Origin: Minisyncoccota bacterium
Lineage (GTDB): Bacteria; Patescibacteriota; Minisyncoccia; Phycocordibacterales; UBA2100
Direction: 5' to 3'
NCBI GenBank assembly: GCA_043780835.1
Contig: JAYWCB010000015.1
Span: forward strand, 1-50,007
Length of the DNA: 50,007 nt
Shown: piece after piece, positions 7,871-20,500 of the stretch
Layout of the letters: each line of letters begins with the position of its first letter
Position numbering within the stretch: position 1 is the first letter of the stretch
The notes under the pieces: model-generated
The model's database searches: none
Seen by the model: the letters and a program-made list of their open reading frames with translations, nothing else
What the model was told of the DNA's origin: nothing
Translations under genes and position numbers: made by a program

Positions 7871-8086
7871 TTAGAGCTTGGGGATCCCGCCAAAAGCAGC
7901 CGTCGACGGCGTGATCGAGCATTTGATCGCATCTCTTCGTTTGCGACGAATCTGCAGTTCGCTCATCTGTGCACCCGTCACCACTTGTGGTGCTACATAT
8001 TCTCGTGGCGGACCCGCTCGGAAATCGCCAAGTTCAATCACAACCGGTATCGCGGGAATATATCGCAAGCGATTATTTTTTGCCAC
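7871..8086 (-). CDS. Possible small hypothetical protein
   Basis: 71-aa ORF with AAGGA upstream of a GTG start; fills the gap between htpX and the terminator. Confidence 0.3.
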   Translation of the reverse strand: MAKNNRLRYIPAIPVVIELGDFRAGPPREYVAPQVVTGAQMSELQIRRKRRDAIKCSITPSTAAFGGIPKL

Positions 8087-8118
8087 TGGTCGATCCTTTG
8101 TTTTGGTTCCGTTCGAAA

Positions 8119-9018
8119 CTATACCCGTCCGTTCATTCCCTGCAATGCGGCGATTCGCTCCTCTATCGGCGGGTGTGTTGAAAATAATTTCGCCACAAAC
8201 TGCCCCGCCGCATGCGCACCGAATGGATTTGAAATGAACAGATGTGCGGTCGTGGTGGATGCACGTTCCATCGGCGCTTCGTACGCACCGATTTTTGCGA
8301 GCGCGTGCGCAAGACCCTCCGGATAACGCGTGAGTAGTGCACCGGACGCATCCGCCAGAAATTCTCGACGGCGCGAAATCGCGAGCTGTATCAGTTGTGC
8401 TGCGATCGGTGCAAGAATTGCCGCCACTATCATAGCAATCAGTACGATCGGGCCGCTATTACGATCGCGATCTCCGTTTCCGAAATAGCTCATGCGAATA
8501 GCGATGTTTGCAACCATAGATACCACTCCCACGAGCACCACCGCGACCGTCATCACGAGAATATCGCGATTGCCCACGTGCGAGAGCTCGTGCGCAAGCA
8601 CGCCTTCGAGTTCAGATTTATCCATGATGGAAAGAAGCCCCGTGGTGACTGCAATCACCGCGTGTTTCGCATCGCGCCCTGTTGCAAAAGCGTTTGGCGC
8701 CGGATCATCAATGATATACACGCGAGGTTTCGGCAACCCTGCAGTAATAGAGAGGTTTTCTACGATGCGATGCAATTCCTGATATTGTCGTTCATCCGCG
8801 GGAACCGCACCCACCGACGCGATCGCAATTTTGTCTGAAAACCAATAGGCGCCTATATTCATTACCAGCGATATCGCAACCGCCATGTAGAGAATCGACG
8901 GATTGCCGTAATACTGAGACGCCGCGAACCCTATAAGGGTAATGAGTATGAGAAACACTCCCATCATCACCCAGGTCCTGAATACGTTTTTACTGCGTTC
9001 TGCGTAGAGTGTTGCCAT
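8119..9018 (-). CDS. htpX: Zinc metalloprotease HtpX (M48)
   Basis: PNAFATGR, HELSH, SRRREFLAD, THPP. Confidence 0.95.
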   Translation of the reverse strand: MATLYAERSKNVFRTWVMMGVFLILITLIGFAASQYYGNPSILYMAVAISLVMNIGAYWFSDKIAIASVGAVPADERQYQELHRIVENLSITAGLPKPRVYIIDDPAPNAFATGRDAKHAVIAVTTGLLSIMDKSELEGVLAHELSHVGNRDILVMTVAVVLVGVVSMVANIAIRMSYFGNGDRDRNSGPIVLIAMIVAAILAPIAAQLIQLAISRRREFLADASGALLTRYPEGLAHALAKIGAYEAPMERASTTTAHLFISNPFGAHAAGQFVAKLFSTHPPIEERIAALQGMNGRV

Positions 9019-9167
9019 ACCCTCTCACACGAAACGGCATCGTCTCTGCGTGCCGCATGAATTTGATAACGAGAACTGTATGTTTCCAAAATTGATATAC
9101 ATAGGTGTATTTATTCGACGCATGCTATGCCGTTTCGTGTGTTGGGGCATAGCGCGTCAGTATAGCA
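9013..9167 (-). promoter_or_regulatory. htpX promoter and hairpin 5' leader
   Basis: TGCTATACT at 9167-9159; 15-bp perfect inverted repeat 9026-9040/9127-9141. Confidence 0.6.
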
Positions 9168-9188
9168 AAATCGGTTTTTGACCGAAAG

Positions 9189-10901
9189 TTACCAACTACC
9201 CCCGCCGCCGCCGCCGCCGAATCCCCCGCCGGAAAATCCTCCTCCACCGGAACCGCCGCCGCTCGAAGTCGGTGTTGCGAGCGTGGAAATGGTCGAACTC
9301 ATCGCGTTCATGTCGTCGGCAAACACAACAGGTGTGAACGCCGCATATGACCCGCCGTTGTACCAACCGGGCGGGGTTTTATAGAGACCCTCAAATTCCT
9401 TCGCCCACACCGCCGAGACGCCGAGCATGATGGCGTACGGCAACAATTTTTCAAAAAGCTCAGGGGATTTTTCCGGGGCGTTATGAAAATCAAGACGGTT
9501 CTTTTCGGCGATCTGTAAATAATCCTTGAGGCCGAGGATCTGCTCCTTGGCAAGACTCCCCTTTCTCGTTTTTGCGGGCATGATTAATCCGAACAATGCA
9601 ATGAAGACCCCTGTCAAAAGCAGGCTTACAAAAACCCACGCAGAATCAATTGCGCTCGCAAAAAAGTATCCGAGAATCGCAACACCAACGCCGAGCGCAA
9701 TATAGACAGTCTTTACCGTCGTCGGATTCATGCGGTAATAACCGAGTGAAACCATCTTTGCCGCAGCATCCGATCCGATCGTACTTTTTGCACGTACAAG
9801 TTCGCTACCTGTTTTCAGGTCAGTGCTCGTGACGGAATTGCGACCTTTAAACAACGCCGTGTATACGGCTGCTTCGTCGTCGGTAAGCGTGGCGTCAGCC
9901 GGCTTTACTGCATCGAAGCGGTACGTAACCGATTTGAATATACCGAGCGTGGTTTCTTCTTCACGGTGAATAGTCAGGTATCCGTGGACCGCGAGCTCGA
10001 TTATCGTTGCCGAGAGACTCGCTACCGTAACGCGCTCGTACATAATTTCGGACGCGAGCGCGGGAGAGATGTCAGCCGGAGCATCGTACTCGGGAATGAT
10101 CGTGCCTCGACCGGCTTCGTCTCGGCCATACTTCCACCAACGGTAGGTCAGAAATATCAACACAAAGAAAGGAATAGCAAATGAGCCAAATTCTTTTATT
10201 CGCCTTACGGTGAGCGATTCAGAAATAGGTTGTGCCACGATACCTTTTGGAAAGCCGACGGCAACGGTCAGTCCTTCGAACGCACTCAGCTCATGGCCCG
10301 TCACAAATAACCACGCCGTCCCGTCCTTTGCAATTATCTGCTTCGACTTACACGCTTGGGTTGAGCCGGCGGGTCCCACATAACACGAGGCTTGTGTGGT
10401 TGATGCGGGGGCATAGACGCGCGCGCTTGATTCTAAGATCTGAAACTGCCATTGGTTGCCGGTTGCATTCCAATAGAGCTCATCATGATCAGCGAAAAAG
10501 CCTACGACGCCATGCGCCGTATACGAAATGTCGTACTTCTTTTTGCCCGTTACGAGCACGTTCGGATCACCGATTTTGAGCCGTATATCGTCACCATTCT
10601 TGAATGACTCAAACGGTATCGGCGACAACTTGCCGTCGAGCACTTTAAAATGATCGATCGTTATTTCGTGTTGAGCGCCTGAACCATCGGCGTATACAAC
10701 CGGAATATCACGATAAATTCCGTGATGCTCTGCCGCACCAAAGTCATACAGAATCGTTTCCATAACTTCGGCGGAGCCGTCTGTCCGGACATGCACCGAT
10801 GTCTCGAAATTATCGATGATGTCGGCTCGCACCATATATGGTGCGAGTGCTGAAACGATAATCACCGCTGCGACAAGGCAGGAACGTGCCCGCGCGATCA
10901 T
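9189..10901 (-). CDS. DUF2207 predicted membrane protein
   Basis: HGIYRDIP, ELYWNATG, LLPYAIMLGV, Gly-rich GGGGGSW tail; lemA/htpX context. Confidence 0.9.
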   Translation of the reverse strand: MIARARSCLVAAVIIVSALAPYMVRADIIDNFETSVHVRTDGSAEVMETILYDFGAAEHHGIYRDIPVVYADGSGAQHEITIDHFKVLDGKLSPIPFESFKNGDDIRLKIGDPNVLVTGKKKYDISYTAHGVVGFFADHDELYWNATGNQWQFQILESSARVYAPASTTQASCYVGPAGSTQACKSKQIIAKDGTAWLFVTGHELSAFEGLTVAVGFPKGIVAQPISESLTVRRIKEFGSFAIPFFVLIFLTYRWWKYGRDEAGRGTIIPEYDAPADISPALASEIMYERVTVASLSATIIELAVHGYLTIHREEETTLGIFKSVTYRFDAVKPADATLTDDEAAVYTALFKGRNSVTSTDLKTGSELVRAKSTIGSDAAAKMVSLGYYRMNPTTVKTVYIALGVGVAILGYFFASAIDSAWVFVSLLLTGVFIALFGLIMPAKTRKGSLAKEQILGLKDYLQIAEKNRLDFHNAPEKSPELFEKLLPYAIMLGVSAVWAKEFEGLYKTPPGWYNGGSYAAFTPVVFADDMNAMSSTISTLATPTSSGGGSGGGGFSGGGFGGGGGGGSW

Positions 10902-10905
10902 ATGG

Positions 10906-11466
10906 CTAAAATTGCACCTTAACCGGTTCGCGTGCGGCCTGATCGCTCTCGCTCAACGTAAAGAATTCACGCGTCTTGAAACCGAACATATTTGCAATAA
11001 TATTTGTCGGAAACTGCTCGATCGCATTCTGCAGATCCTGAACCACGCCGTTGTAAAAACGGCGTGCCGCTTGGATTTTGTTTTCGGTGTCGGAGAGCTC
11101 TCGCTGCAATTCAATGAAGTTAGCATTCGCTTTGAGATCCGGGTATGACTCTGAAAGCGCAAACACTGATTTGAGCGCACCTGTCAGCATGTTTTCCGCA
11201 GCAGCGTGTTCGTCGATTGTTTTTGCACCCATTGCCGCGGTGCGTGCTTCGGTAACTTTTTGTAATGTACCTGCTTCGTGCGCGGCATATCCTTTGACGG
11301 TTTCTACGAGATTTGGAATAAGATCGTAGCGACGCTTCATTTGCACGTCGATATCAGACCACGCCTCTTCGGATCGGTTAATAAGCGTCACAAACCGGTT
11401 GTACATCGCCACGAGATACAGTGCTACCAAAACGACGGCACCGATCAATATATAGAGTGTTGTCAT
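10906..11466 (-). CDS. lemA: LemA family protein
   Basis: WSDIDVQMKRRYDLIPNLVETVKGYAAHE, YPDLKAN, RRFYN. Confidence 0.95.
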   Translation of the reverse strand: MTTLYILIGAVVLVALYLVAMYNRFVTLINRSEEAWSDIDVQMKRRYDLIPNLVETVKGYAAHEAGTLQKVTEARTAAMGAKTIDEHAAAENMLTGALKSVFALSESYPDLKANANFIELQRELSDTENKIQAARRFYNGVVQDLQNAIEQFPTNIIANMFGFKTREFFTLSESDQAAREPVKVQF

Positions 11467-11511
11467 AGTTCATAGTATACCCCCGCGAGATTTCACCCAC
11501 AACAGGTGCAT

Positions 11512-14500
11512 TTACTTCAGGAGAATCTGTACTGAACCAGTGGCGTAGACACCGTTACGACCATTGCAATAAACGATATAGGTAGAAGGTGCGGTAATTG
11601 CGCTTACCGTGAATGAGTCATTGCCCCCACCGGTCGCAATCTGCGTAGAGCTCGCATTAAACGCACTGCATTTGAGCGCATTTGTGCTTGTCCACGTGAT
11701 TGTCGTCGAGTCACCACTCGAAGCCGGATTCGGTGTCGCATTCACCTGTACAGAAATCGCACCAGTGGTAGCAGTCGGTTGTGAAGATTGAGTATTCTGA
11801 GGATTGAGCAGACTGCCCATTCCTTTCATCAGACCGGAAAGGAACGACATGATGCTATTGAACGCGCCGCCCGAATTTGTGCCGCCCGTCGGCGCAGAAC
11901 CGCCGGTTGAACCTCCCGTTCCGCCACCAGGTTTTTGAACGCCCGGTCCGGGGTTTGGATTTGGACTTGGTTTCGGTGTATCGGTGCGCGGCGCAGGCTG
12001 CGGTTTCGGCGCAGGTTTTGTTGGATCCGATTTCGCGGGAGCAGTGACCGGTGGAAAGACACTCGGATCAGCTGTTTTCGGTAGATTCGTGCCGGTCGTT
12101 ATATTGGGATTTACTGCGGGGGCGGATAACACTGCCGGTGGCGCTTTCGTACCGGCATTTTTTGGCATATTTGCGGGCGACGATGTTTGCTGCTGATCAG
12201 AATTCCCAACAAACGCTATGCCCGTGAGCAATGTCAGAATACTGCCCAGACGCCATGAGCGAAGCCCGCTTCCACTTCCACCTGATCCACTACCACCTCC
12301 TCCGCCTGCACTGGGTACTATCCCATTTCCTCCTCCCCCACCACTACCGAATTGAGCTTCCATCCACGTATTGAATCTTTGTCCCAACGTAGGCAGCGCT
12401 TGCGGAGCCAGTGGCGTAACTATAGGTGTTGCCGGAATTGTATTAGTCTGAGGTGCGACGAATCCTGCTTGAGCAAGAATAGAATCCGCTGCATCACGAG
12501 TCGGACCCGTGAGGTCACTCGTATACAAATCAAGCGCGTGTGTTGCCTCGAGCGGAAAACCTTCAACTTTCGGTATCGATGACTTACCACCAACCGCATT
12601 CGCAACCAAGACGACCCCCGTTTCGTGACGTAACTCTGCAATAAACCGCTCCGGATTTGCAATCAGTTCATAGTAGAAATAAATCGCCCGTGTTGTCGGA
12701 CTCCATGATCCGCCGTTTACGGCGGTTGGGAGCCCCGTTGCATCATCATGATAGAGCGGGGTGAGGCTCGTATCATGCGGCAATATCATCGCCATATCAG
12801 AGAGATTGCTCACACGCACCTTGCCCGTTGCGGAATCGGTACCTTTGAACTGCACATATTGAAACTTCGTGCCGTATCGTTCTTTGAGTGAATTGCTTAT
12901 TTCTCGTGCGAGTCCCACAAGTTGTTTCGCAGTAACAGTTTCCCCGTCCTGGATTTTTTTACTCACATCGTCGAGTGCTCGCAGTTCAGGATTCGCCGCA
13001 TAGATAGATTCACTAATCGTGCGTGTTTGCTCGAGCGTCAGTTTGCCGTCCGCGATTTGATCGGCAAAGAATCCTGCAGGTTGCGGAGGCATTGGTGCCG
13101 CGGCCACTGGAGTTTCGCTTGGCACGTTTTCTGCAGGCGTTGTTTGTGCGAATTGCGGCTCCGCACGGGGAGTTGGGTTTGCCTGATTGCTGGTTGCGTA
13201 AGAAGCGATCGATGAATATGCCCGTTTTACTGCTACAACAAAATCTCCACGGAATGCGCTGTTCGTAGCTGCACGATACAGAATATTTGCAACAGGAAGT
13301 GCGATCAGATGCGGTGCATTCACCGTAAACGAGGGCAGACTTATGGCTCCACTGAACAGCGATACAACATTCATCAACACATTGTCGAAATGCAACGAAA
13401 TGGGGGCACCGAATCCTGCAAACGTAAGCATTGTGCTGTTCATACCGATGACATATTTATTGTTTGAGAATTTCCGTGCAGGCAGAATTGCAGCACGCGC
13501 AAATGAGGCAACGAGTTTTATATCACTCCAAACCGAAGTCTTTTGTTTTGGTGCAGTCGTTTCTGGAGCAGCTGCGTTTGGCTGCGTTGCTTCCGGCTTT
13601 GCGGCTGTTACTGATTCCGGAGGCTGGGCTGATTCAGTTTGATTCGGTTGCGCACGCTGTGTGTTTCCTTTTGGCACACGGGCGCTTGATATCGGTGTTG
13701 GTGTAACTACGGGTTGAATTGGTGATACCGATTCAACGGAAAGCGTCGGCGGTGTAACGCTCGGGACGCTTACAGAATTAGTCGTCTTTGCCGTCGCAAC
13801 ACGGGGCGTGTTTTCGACTTGCACCACTGGAGTTTCTTTACTAATTGGCGCTCGTGGCTGACCGATGAAATTCCCCGCCGTGAACATGTTTCTCAGGTTA
13901 CCTATCTCTGTGCGCAAGAAGCCCAGTATGCTCGGCTTTATCGACACGACCGGTGTATTAGTTTGCGGATTTTGTTGGGCTACTACGTTTGGATTCCCAT
14001 CCGAAGCACGTTGAGTCCACGCTGCTTCCCATTCAGCAATGGTTCGCTCGCCATCAAAGTTAGACCAATATACTTCGGCAATGCTTGCGGCGCTTCCATT
14101 TGGATTTAACCACTCTCTAGGGTATCTGAAGTAACTGTCAGTCATCGAATACGGATTGAAGTTGTCTGCAACAGTGAATCGTTCGGGAACTGTAATTCGC
14201 ACGATCGTGCCCTCAAGACGAGCAGTAGGTCCGTAGAGATACGAGAGCGCACCGTCAAGACTAGGTGTGAAAAATTCGCCATTGCCCCTTGCGTCGGGAC
14301 TGTCGTAGGAATAACCCTGCGTTAAACCTCTATACATATAGCTGTATCCTGCCGGGGGCAACTCAAGACTTTCGAGATATCTTAGCGCTTCGGATCGGCT
14401 CATGCCCGTCATATCGATCGACACAAGACTCTTTACGGGGCCGGCACTATTGAAATTGTGTGCGGTGATGGCAGGTTCGGTAGCCGAATTTGTAGTGCGC

Positions 14501-17500
14501 GACGATTCAGGTGCATGGGTTTGGATTGCAATCTCGTTCGTGACGTTTTCTGTTGGAACTGTTATTTGTGTTGGAGCAATCGGCTGATTCAGCGTCACAT
14601 TGCCACCTGTTCGAGTATCCAATGTGCCTTGTATCGGACCTGATACCGTAGGAAGCGGAGCCTTTGGAAGCGCAGTCGGAATGGGCGGGACGGCCGGCGG
14701 CGTGTCGAGTCGACTCACCGTTTGGCCGTTTGTTTTTTCTTCGAGGCGGGGTCGACTATTCACACCAAGGGACTCAACGGGGCCAGACGGATTCCCTGGC
14801 TCTGGCGCAGGTTGCGGCGCGGTAATCTTTGCATTTTTCGGCGTCACCGCGGGAGCGGTTTCAGCAGCAATTGGAGCGCGCACTTGCGTTGCAGGTATTT
14901 GTATTAAATCTTCGAATGCATCGGCAATTTTTGTATGTGATCCGTTGGGGAGAGACTGTCCATTATCCACTCCCGTATTCGCAGAAGTGTCGTCTGGAGA
15001 GCCGATTTTGATAACGGGCTCAAACTTTGGAGGCAGCGCGAGCGTTGCCTCGAGCTCCGTTTTTTGTGCCACCGCTATAGCATCAGTAATTTTTGTTTTT
15101 TCTGACATTTTTGCGGCAATATCCTTGCCTGCGAGATCGAAATCAGCGCTCAACTTTTTATTTTGAATCGTGAGCTCCGGCGCTTTGCCCAACCCAACGA
15201 GTTTCTGAGTCATTTCCTTTATCAGGTTGTTCACATCGCTTGCGAGCGCCGCCCCATCGGTGACAGCGTCATTTTGATTTTCTTTCGTTTGATTTTCCTT
15301 TTGATTAAAAGAGCGCACATCGCTCGCATATACAAGCAGCTCCTTCGCCAACTGCGCATCACCCGACTTCGAGGCGATCGTTGCAAGACTTACCGCAGCA
15401 TCGGCTCCCGCATTCAGCGTGATCCGCTGAGCATCGGTAAGCTCTGATCGGACCGCTCTGCCGAGTCGAATACCCCGACGCATCGTCCCCAGTTTTTCTT
15501 GCGTAGAACTTATCGCACTCTGCGTATCTGCAATTTGTTTCAGTTTCGCTCTATTTGCAGCCGACGTGATCTTCATCGTATTCATTGCTTTAAGAGTTTC
15601 GGCAATCGATGTGTCCAAATCGGCTACTTGTTTCGCTAGCTCGACTACAGTTGGTTTTGCCGACTCAACCGGCGCAACTGATGTATCGGCCGGTTTTGTA
15701 GCGGTTTCTCCAGGTGTAACTACAGCCACATCTGCTTTGACGGGCGCAGATTGTTCGATAGGCGTAATGGGTTGGGGCGCATGTGCAACTTCTATGTTCT
15801 TTTCAATTTCATTATTCGCAATCGCCACTTCATCCTGCGTTGTAACGGGCGCATGCGCAGGTGCAACAGGCGTCTCTTCGTCGGACACATCCTCATCACT
15901 GTGAGTAAGTTTGCGCGCTACCGCATTTGCTTGTCCTGCCGCGAATATTTGTGGACCCGGCTTGATGCCGCTATTCGGCACGGTTACTTTGTAACCGCTT
16001 TGCTCAAAAATACCTTTCAAATATTCAAACGCGTTTTCATCCAGGTCTTTCCACGGAATGGAATCTAATTCACCCTGAGTAAACGAAATCGATTTTGTAG
16101 AGAATCGCACACTATTGAGCTTATGTATTATCGCAGCCGGCAGGTAATTAGCGGACGCCATCGACGAGTAGATCTGATTTTTCGCGTTCATCGGCGTAGC
16201 AATTTCAAAAACAGTCGAGGCAGGTGGACGTGATTTTGCAGTGGTTGCCGGCGTCTTCGTGTCGGAAGGTAAGGTTTCAACGGCAGCGATCGGACGACTT
16301 TCAGGCTTCAATGTTCCGACAAGCATCGTTTCCGGTGTATTCGATAATTCGTCTGTGGTGTTTGCAGATGACGGCGGGACTGATGCGGGAATAATTTTTA
16401 CCTCTGCAACTGCAGGCGCGTTATTGCTGCCTATACCGCGCGTTGGATTCAAAGCGAATTCGTTCGAAGTACCGTGTGTGCTTGGTGTCGTTGGTACAGT
16501 GTTCGATTGTGGTGCGTTTGCGTCGGTTCCGATCGTATTGGGCGTAACGGGTGCGCTTGTAATCCCAGGCTCACCATGCGTTGGCGCGATTGTAATCGAA
16601 GGTGCAACCGATTCGAGCGGAGCAGTGCCCAGACTTGAGGGGGTAATGACAAACACGCTCGGGCGCGAAGCAGGTAAAGCAATTTTTTTCCATGAATCCT
16701 TCTTATTTGAGCGTAACCAATCCGGCTCTGTGCCGAGCATCGCGAGAAGATCCGTGGGCCCGGAATCGATCGCCCCTTGATAAAATGCCTCTGCGCGTTG
16801 CACGCCCTGCGCATGGCGATCGTATGGTATCAGTGGATTTTTTATACCGTTTCCAACATCTGTGAAATCGCTCCCTGATGCGACAATTGAGTTTAAAAGA
16901 TGCTCCTGATCTCCTGCGCGCAACAAACCTGATCCGCGCATCATCCATCCAGCGGCACGATCCGCTAGCAACTCCTGCAACGCGCGCCTATCGAGACCGA
17001 CAGCATCCATCAATGGCGGGAATATGCTCTGGCCTTCGTTATTAATCGCTTGTATATCCACGTGTGTCAGACGCGCAAAGTAATGGCCAAGTTCGTGCGC
17101 GACTGTGTATACCGCATGGGTGCCATTTGTATCAAAGTAATCATATCGCGCGCGTTTGATTTCACTGGTGTCTATCCTAATCTGGCCCGTTTTCATATCT
17201 GTGACGCTACCCCCGCTCTTTACTATATTGATTTGGGCGGGACGATATTCACCGCCACGTTTTGCATATTCTTTGGCAAGAAAATCCTGAAGTGTTTTAC
17301 CCGAACTGCTGACGATCTGTCGAATTTGAGCGTCGCTCAGGTCGCGAATGTCTTTCGTCATAAGCGAATTTGTCTGATGCTGCAAACCCTGGATCTCAGG
17401 TAACGGTTTTGGTATCAAACGTTCCGCGACGCCCTCAGCCAAATCTTTGGGTAAATAAAAGCGTTCTTTGAGATCATTAAACTCGGAAACAGATCGACCA

Positions 17501-20500
17501 TTCACATTCGCCGACGACGGTGGGAGTGACGCGTTTTTTGGGAGCGTCGCCGGTGCGAGCGCTTCTGCAAGTAATGGTTCCGGCGTGGACGCCTGCTCGA
17601 TTCCCTTTGCGGTGAGCCCCGGGAACGGCGATACTACCGGCGCCGCCGTCGTGACAGAAGTCGGATTATTCAATGCCACGGTAATGGTGGGCTGCGTAAT
17701 AAGATTTGGTGTCGGTGCAAACGACGCGACCACCTCCGCAATATTATTAATTGCGATAGCAGGAGGTATCACGACAGGACTCAGTGGGCCGCCACTTTCG
17801 ACAGTCGGAACGGGATTCGCTTCAAGTGGTGCGGGTTGTGCTTCTGGCTGCGCTTCAGCGAGATCACTCCCCTTCGTCACATTCGGAATCGGATTCGCAG
17901 CAAGCGGCGTCGAAGCAGTGAGGGTCAATTCAGGAACAGGCATCACAGGTGTTGGCCACGAAACAGACTTCGCGGCATTGTATTGAACATTGGTTGCAAT
18001 CATCTCCGGCAAATCTGGCGCAACAAACGGATTTTTAGCCTCAATGATCGGTGCGGGTTCGTTACTGCTGAGTTTTGTAAATTCCGCAGCGGTATCACCG
18101 GTTGCAAGCGGGGCATCATTCGAAGGTGTAGCCGGTGTGTCATTCAGTTTCGAGTATTTCCACGGATCGATAGAATCAAGATCTGCGCTGGGTGCCACCG
18201 CAACATTTGACAACGTGTTTCCGGAACCCGGGACATACGCGATTTTACGCATTTCGGTAGCTAGCTGTGCTCCCTCGACATACTTTTCATTTTTGTAATC
18301 GGTCCATCCGTGGGCAAACACATTCTCTGCAGGAACGCCATATCGTTCCTGCAAGAATTTGACGAGTGCTGTTCCCGCTTTCATTTGCGCAGGTGTTAAT
18401 GGCTTTGTCACATCCGGGAAATTGCCGGCAAATTCAATGCCGATCGCATTTAGATTCGAGATATTCTTAAACGTATCTTTATTTGGGACGAATTTATTAT
18501 CGTTTCTGTTTGCCCGCACGTGACTCGGGTTTGCGGTTTCCGGAGCGGCCCAATACACCGTTCCGTCGGGCTCCACCCACAGTGTTGTGCCGACTTTATT
18601 TGGACGCGCCGCTTGCTGCTGCGCCATAGGGAGCGCTGTTGATCCCTCGGTCTGGTGAATAACAATATACTTGCGCGGATTGGCCTTTGCCGGATCGCTC
18701 AGCGGCGCGAGATATACCATCTTTTCGATTCCGGGAATCTGCGGTTTGCCGGACTGTTTCGCCGCTTGCGCAAGCGACAGCGTTGGCTGCGGAGCGTTTT
18801 TGAGCGCAAATGCTCGCTGCGCAATTTTCACATCGGCAGCTGCAAGGTCTTTGTCAGTTACACCACCGTCGCTGTCGCTTCGTCCGGTGACTTCGTGTGC
18901 AGCACGAGCACGCATCGCGTTATAAATATCAGTGTTCTGCAGACCGGCATTCTGTAAGCGTGCTGCAATGTCTACGCGCGAAGCGTTTGCCGGAGCTTTA
19001 TTTACGATGTCAGCCGCCTGATTTTCAGGCACGCCTTCTGATAGATTCTTTAGACCACGCGTGAGCACATCATTAATCGCAGTAAAAGGATTCGCCGCCG
19101 GTGCTGGCGCCGCGTTCGGCTTCGGCGCCGGCTTTGATGCAGTCTTTGGCTCTGATGCCGGCGCCTGGGCAATAGCAGTATTCGGATTTGTGCGGACCTC
19201 TGCGAGACGCGTTTCAAACGTACCGGACGGCACCACCCCACCATCTGAAAGATCAGTGCGATTTGTTTTGTACGCCGCCTCTTGGAGTGTCGGTACCGAA
19301 TCCACAAAATATTCAACATCAATTACTCCCGGCCCTATTGCCCCAAGCGCTCGTGCAGCAGCAGGAGAGAGATCCATTACCCTCCCGGTTTGTGAACCGG
19401 TGCTTGCTACGCGCACGCGAACAGTCTTTCCGAAGTCCGCAGTTGGAGTGCCTTTGGAATCACGCGATACATTTCGCACGATTAGTTCTGTTTTCCAAGC
19501 ATACTTCGGCCCGTCACCAAGCATCGCTACAGTGAAGTCTGTTAGATTATGCATTGATCCCGATGCATTCATGTCGCTCGGATTGAGCCCGCCGTTCGAA
19601 CCCGTATTCCACCAACTCGCCTTGCCTTTATTTACAATGGCGAGATCGTAATCACGTTTCGCATTCTCGAGCCTATCGATGTCGCGCTTGGTCGGTTTTG
19701 CCTGCGCCGAGGATATGAACGGATTACCGATTTGTGACGGCAACGAACCAAGCCATTCACTCCACGTTTTAGATTGTGTCACCCCAAGGTCACTTCGCTT
19801 TCCGAGATTCGGCGGCTTTGGTGCAGGCTTTGATGCATTTTTTGGGTCTGATGCCGGTGCCCGCGCAATAGCGCTTGACGGATCTTTTTTCACCGCTGCA
19901 ATGCGCGCATCGTATTCTTGCGGTGAAATCAATCCTTCTCCGTTTAAATCCTCTCGACCTAATTTATATCTGGCAGTTTGTTCAGTTGGAACTTCGACGA
20001 CCGTGTACTCGACAGCCGTAGTTCCGTCTTCAAAGAAGCCCATGTCCTTCGCGCCTTTTGGCGAAAAATCTAAATTACGACCTTTTTGTGATCCGATGTT
20101 ATTGACTGTATATACTCCAGTTTTCCCAAAGTTTGGATTTGATGTTTTACCGTCTGCTTTGAATTGTTGTATGTTTCGTACGAGTAATTTTGTTCCCCAT
20201 GCGTATCTCGGCGCATCGCCCAAAAGTGCAACTGTATTATCGTTCACGGTATGGATTGCCCCTGATGCCGTTATATCGCTCGGATTAAGCGCATCGTTTG
20301 CAGCCAATTCGTAATACGACGCGACACCCTTTTCTGTTATGCCGATATTATTTTCCGCATCTTTCAACCGTTTCAGATCTCGTTGTGATAGACCTGGTTC
20401 TGCTTGAGCTGGTGATATGAACGGATTACCGAGTTGTGTCGGTAACGAAGCAAACCAGTCACTCCACGTTTGAGATTGTGATGCTCCAAGATCACTTCGC

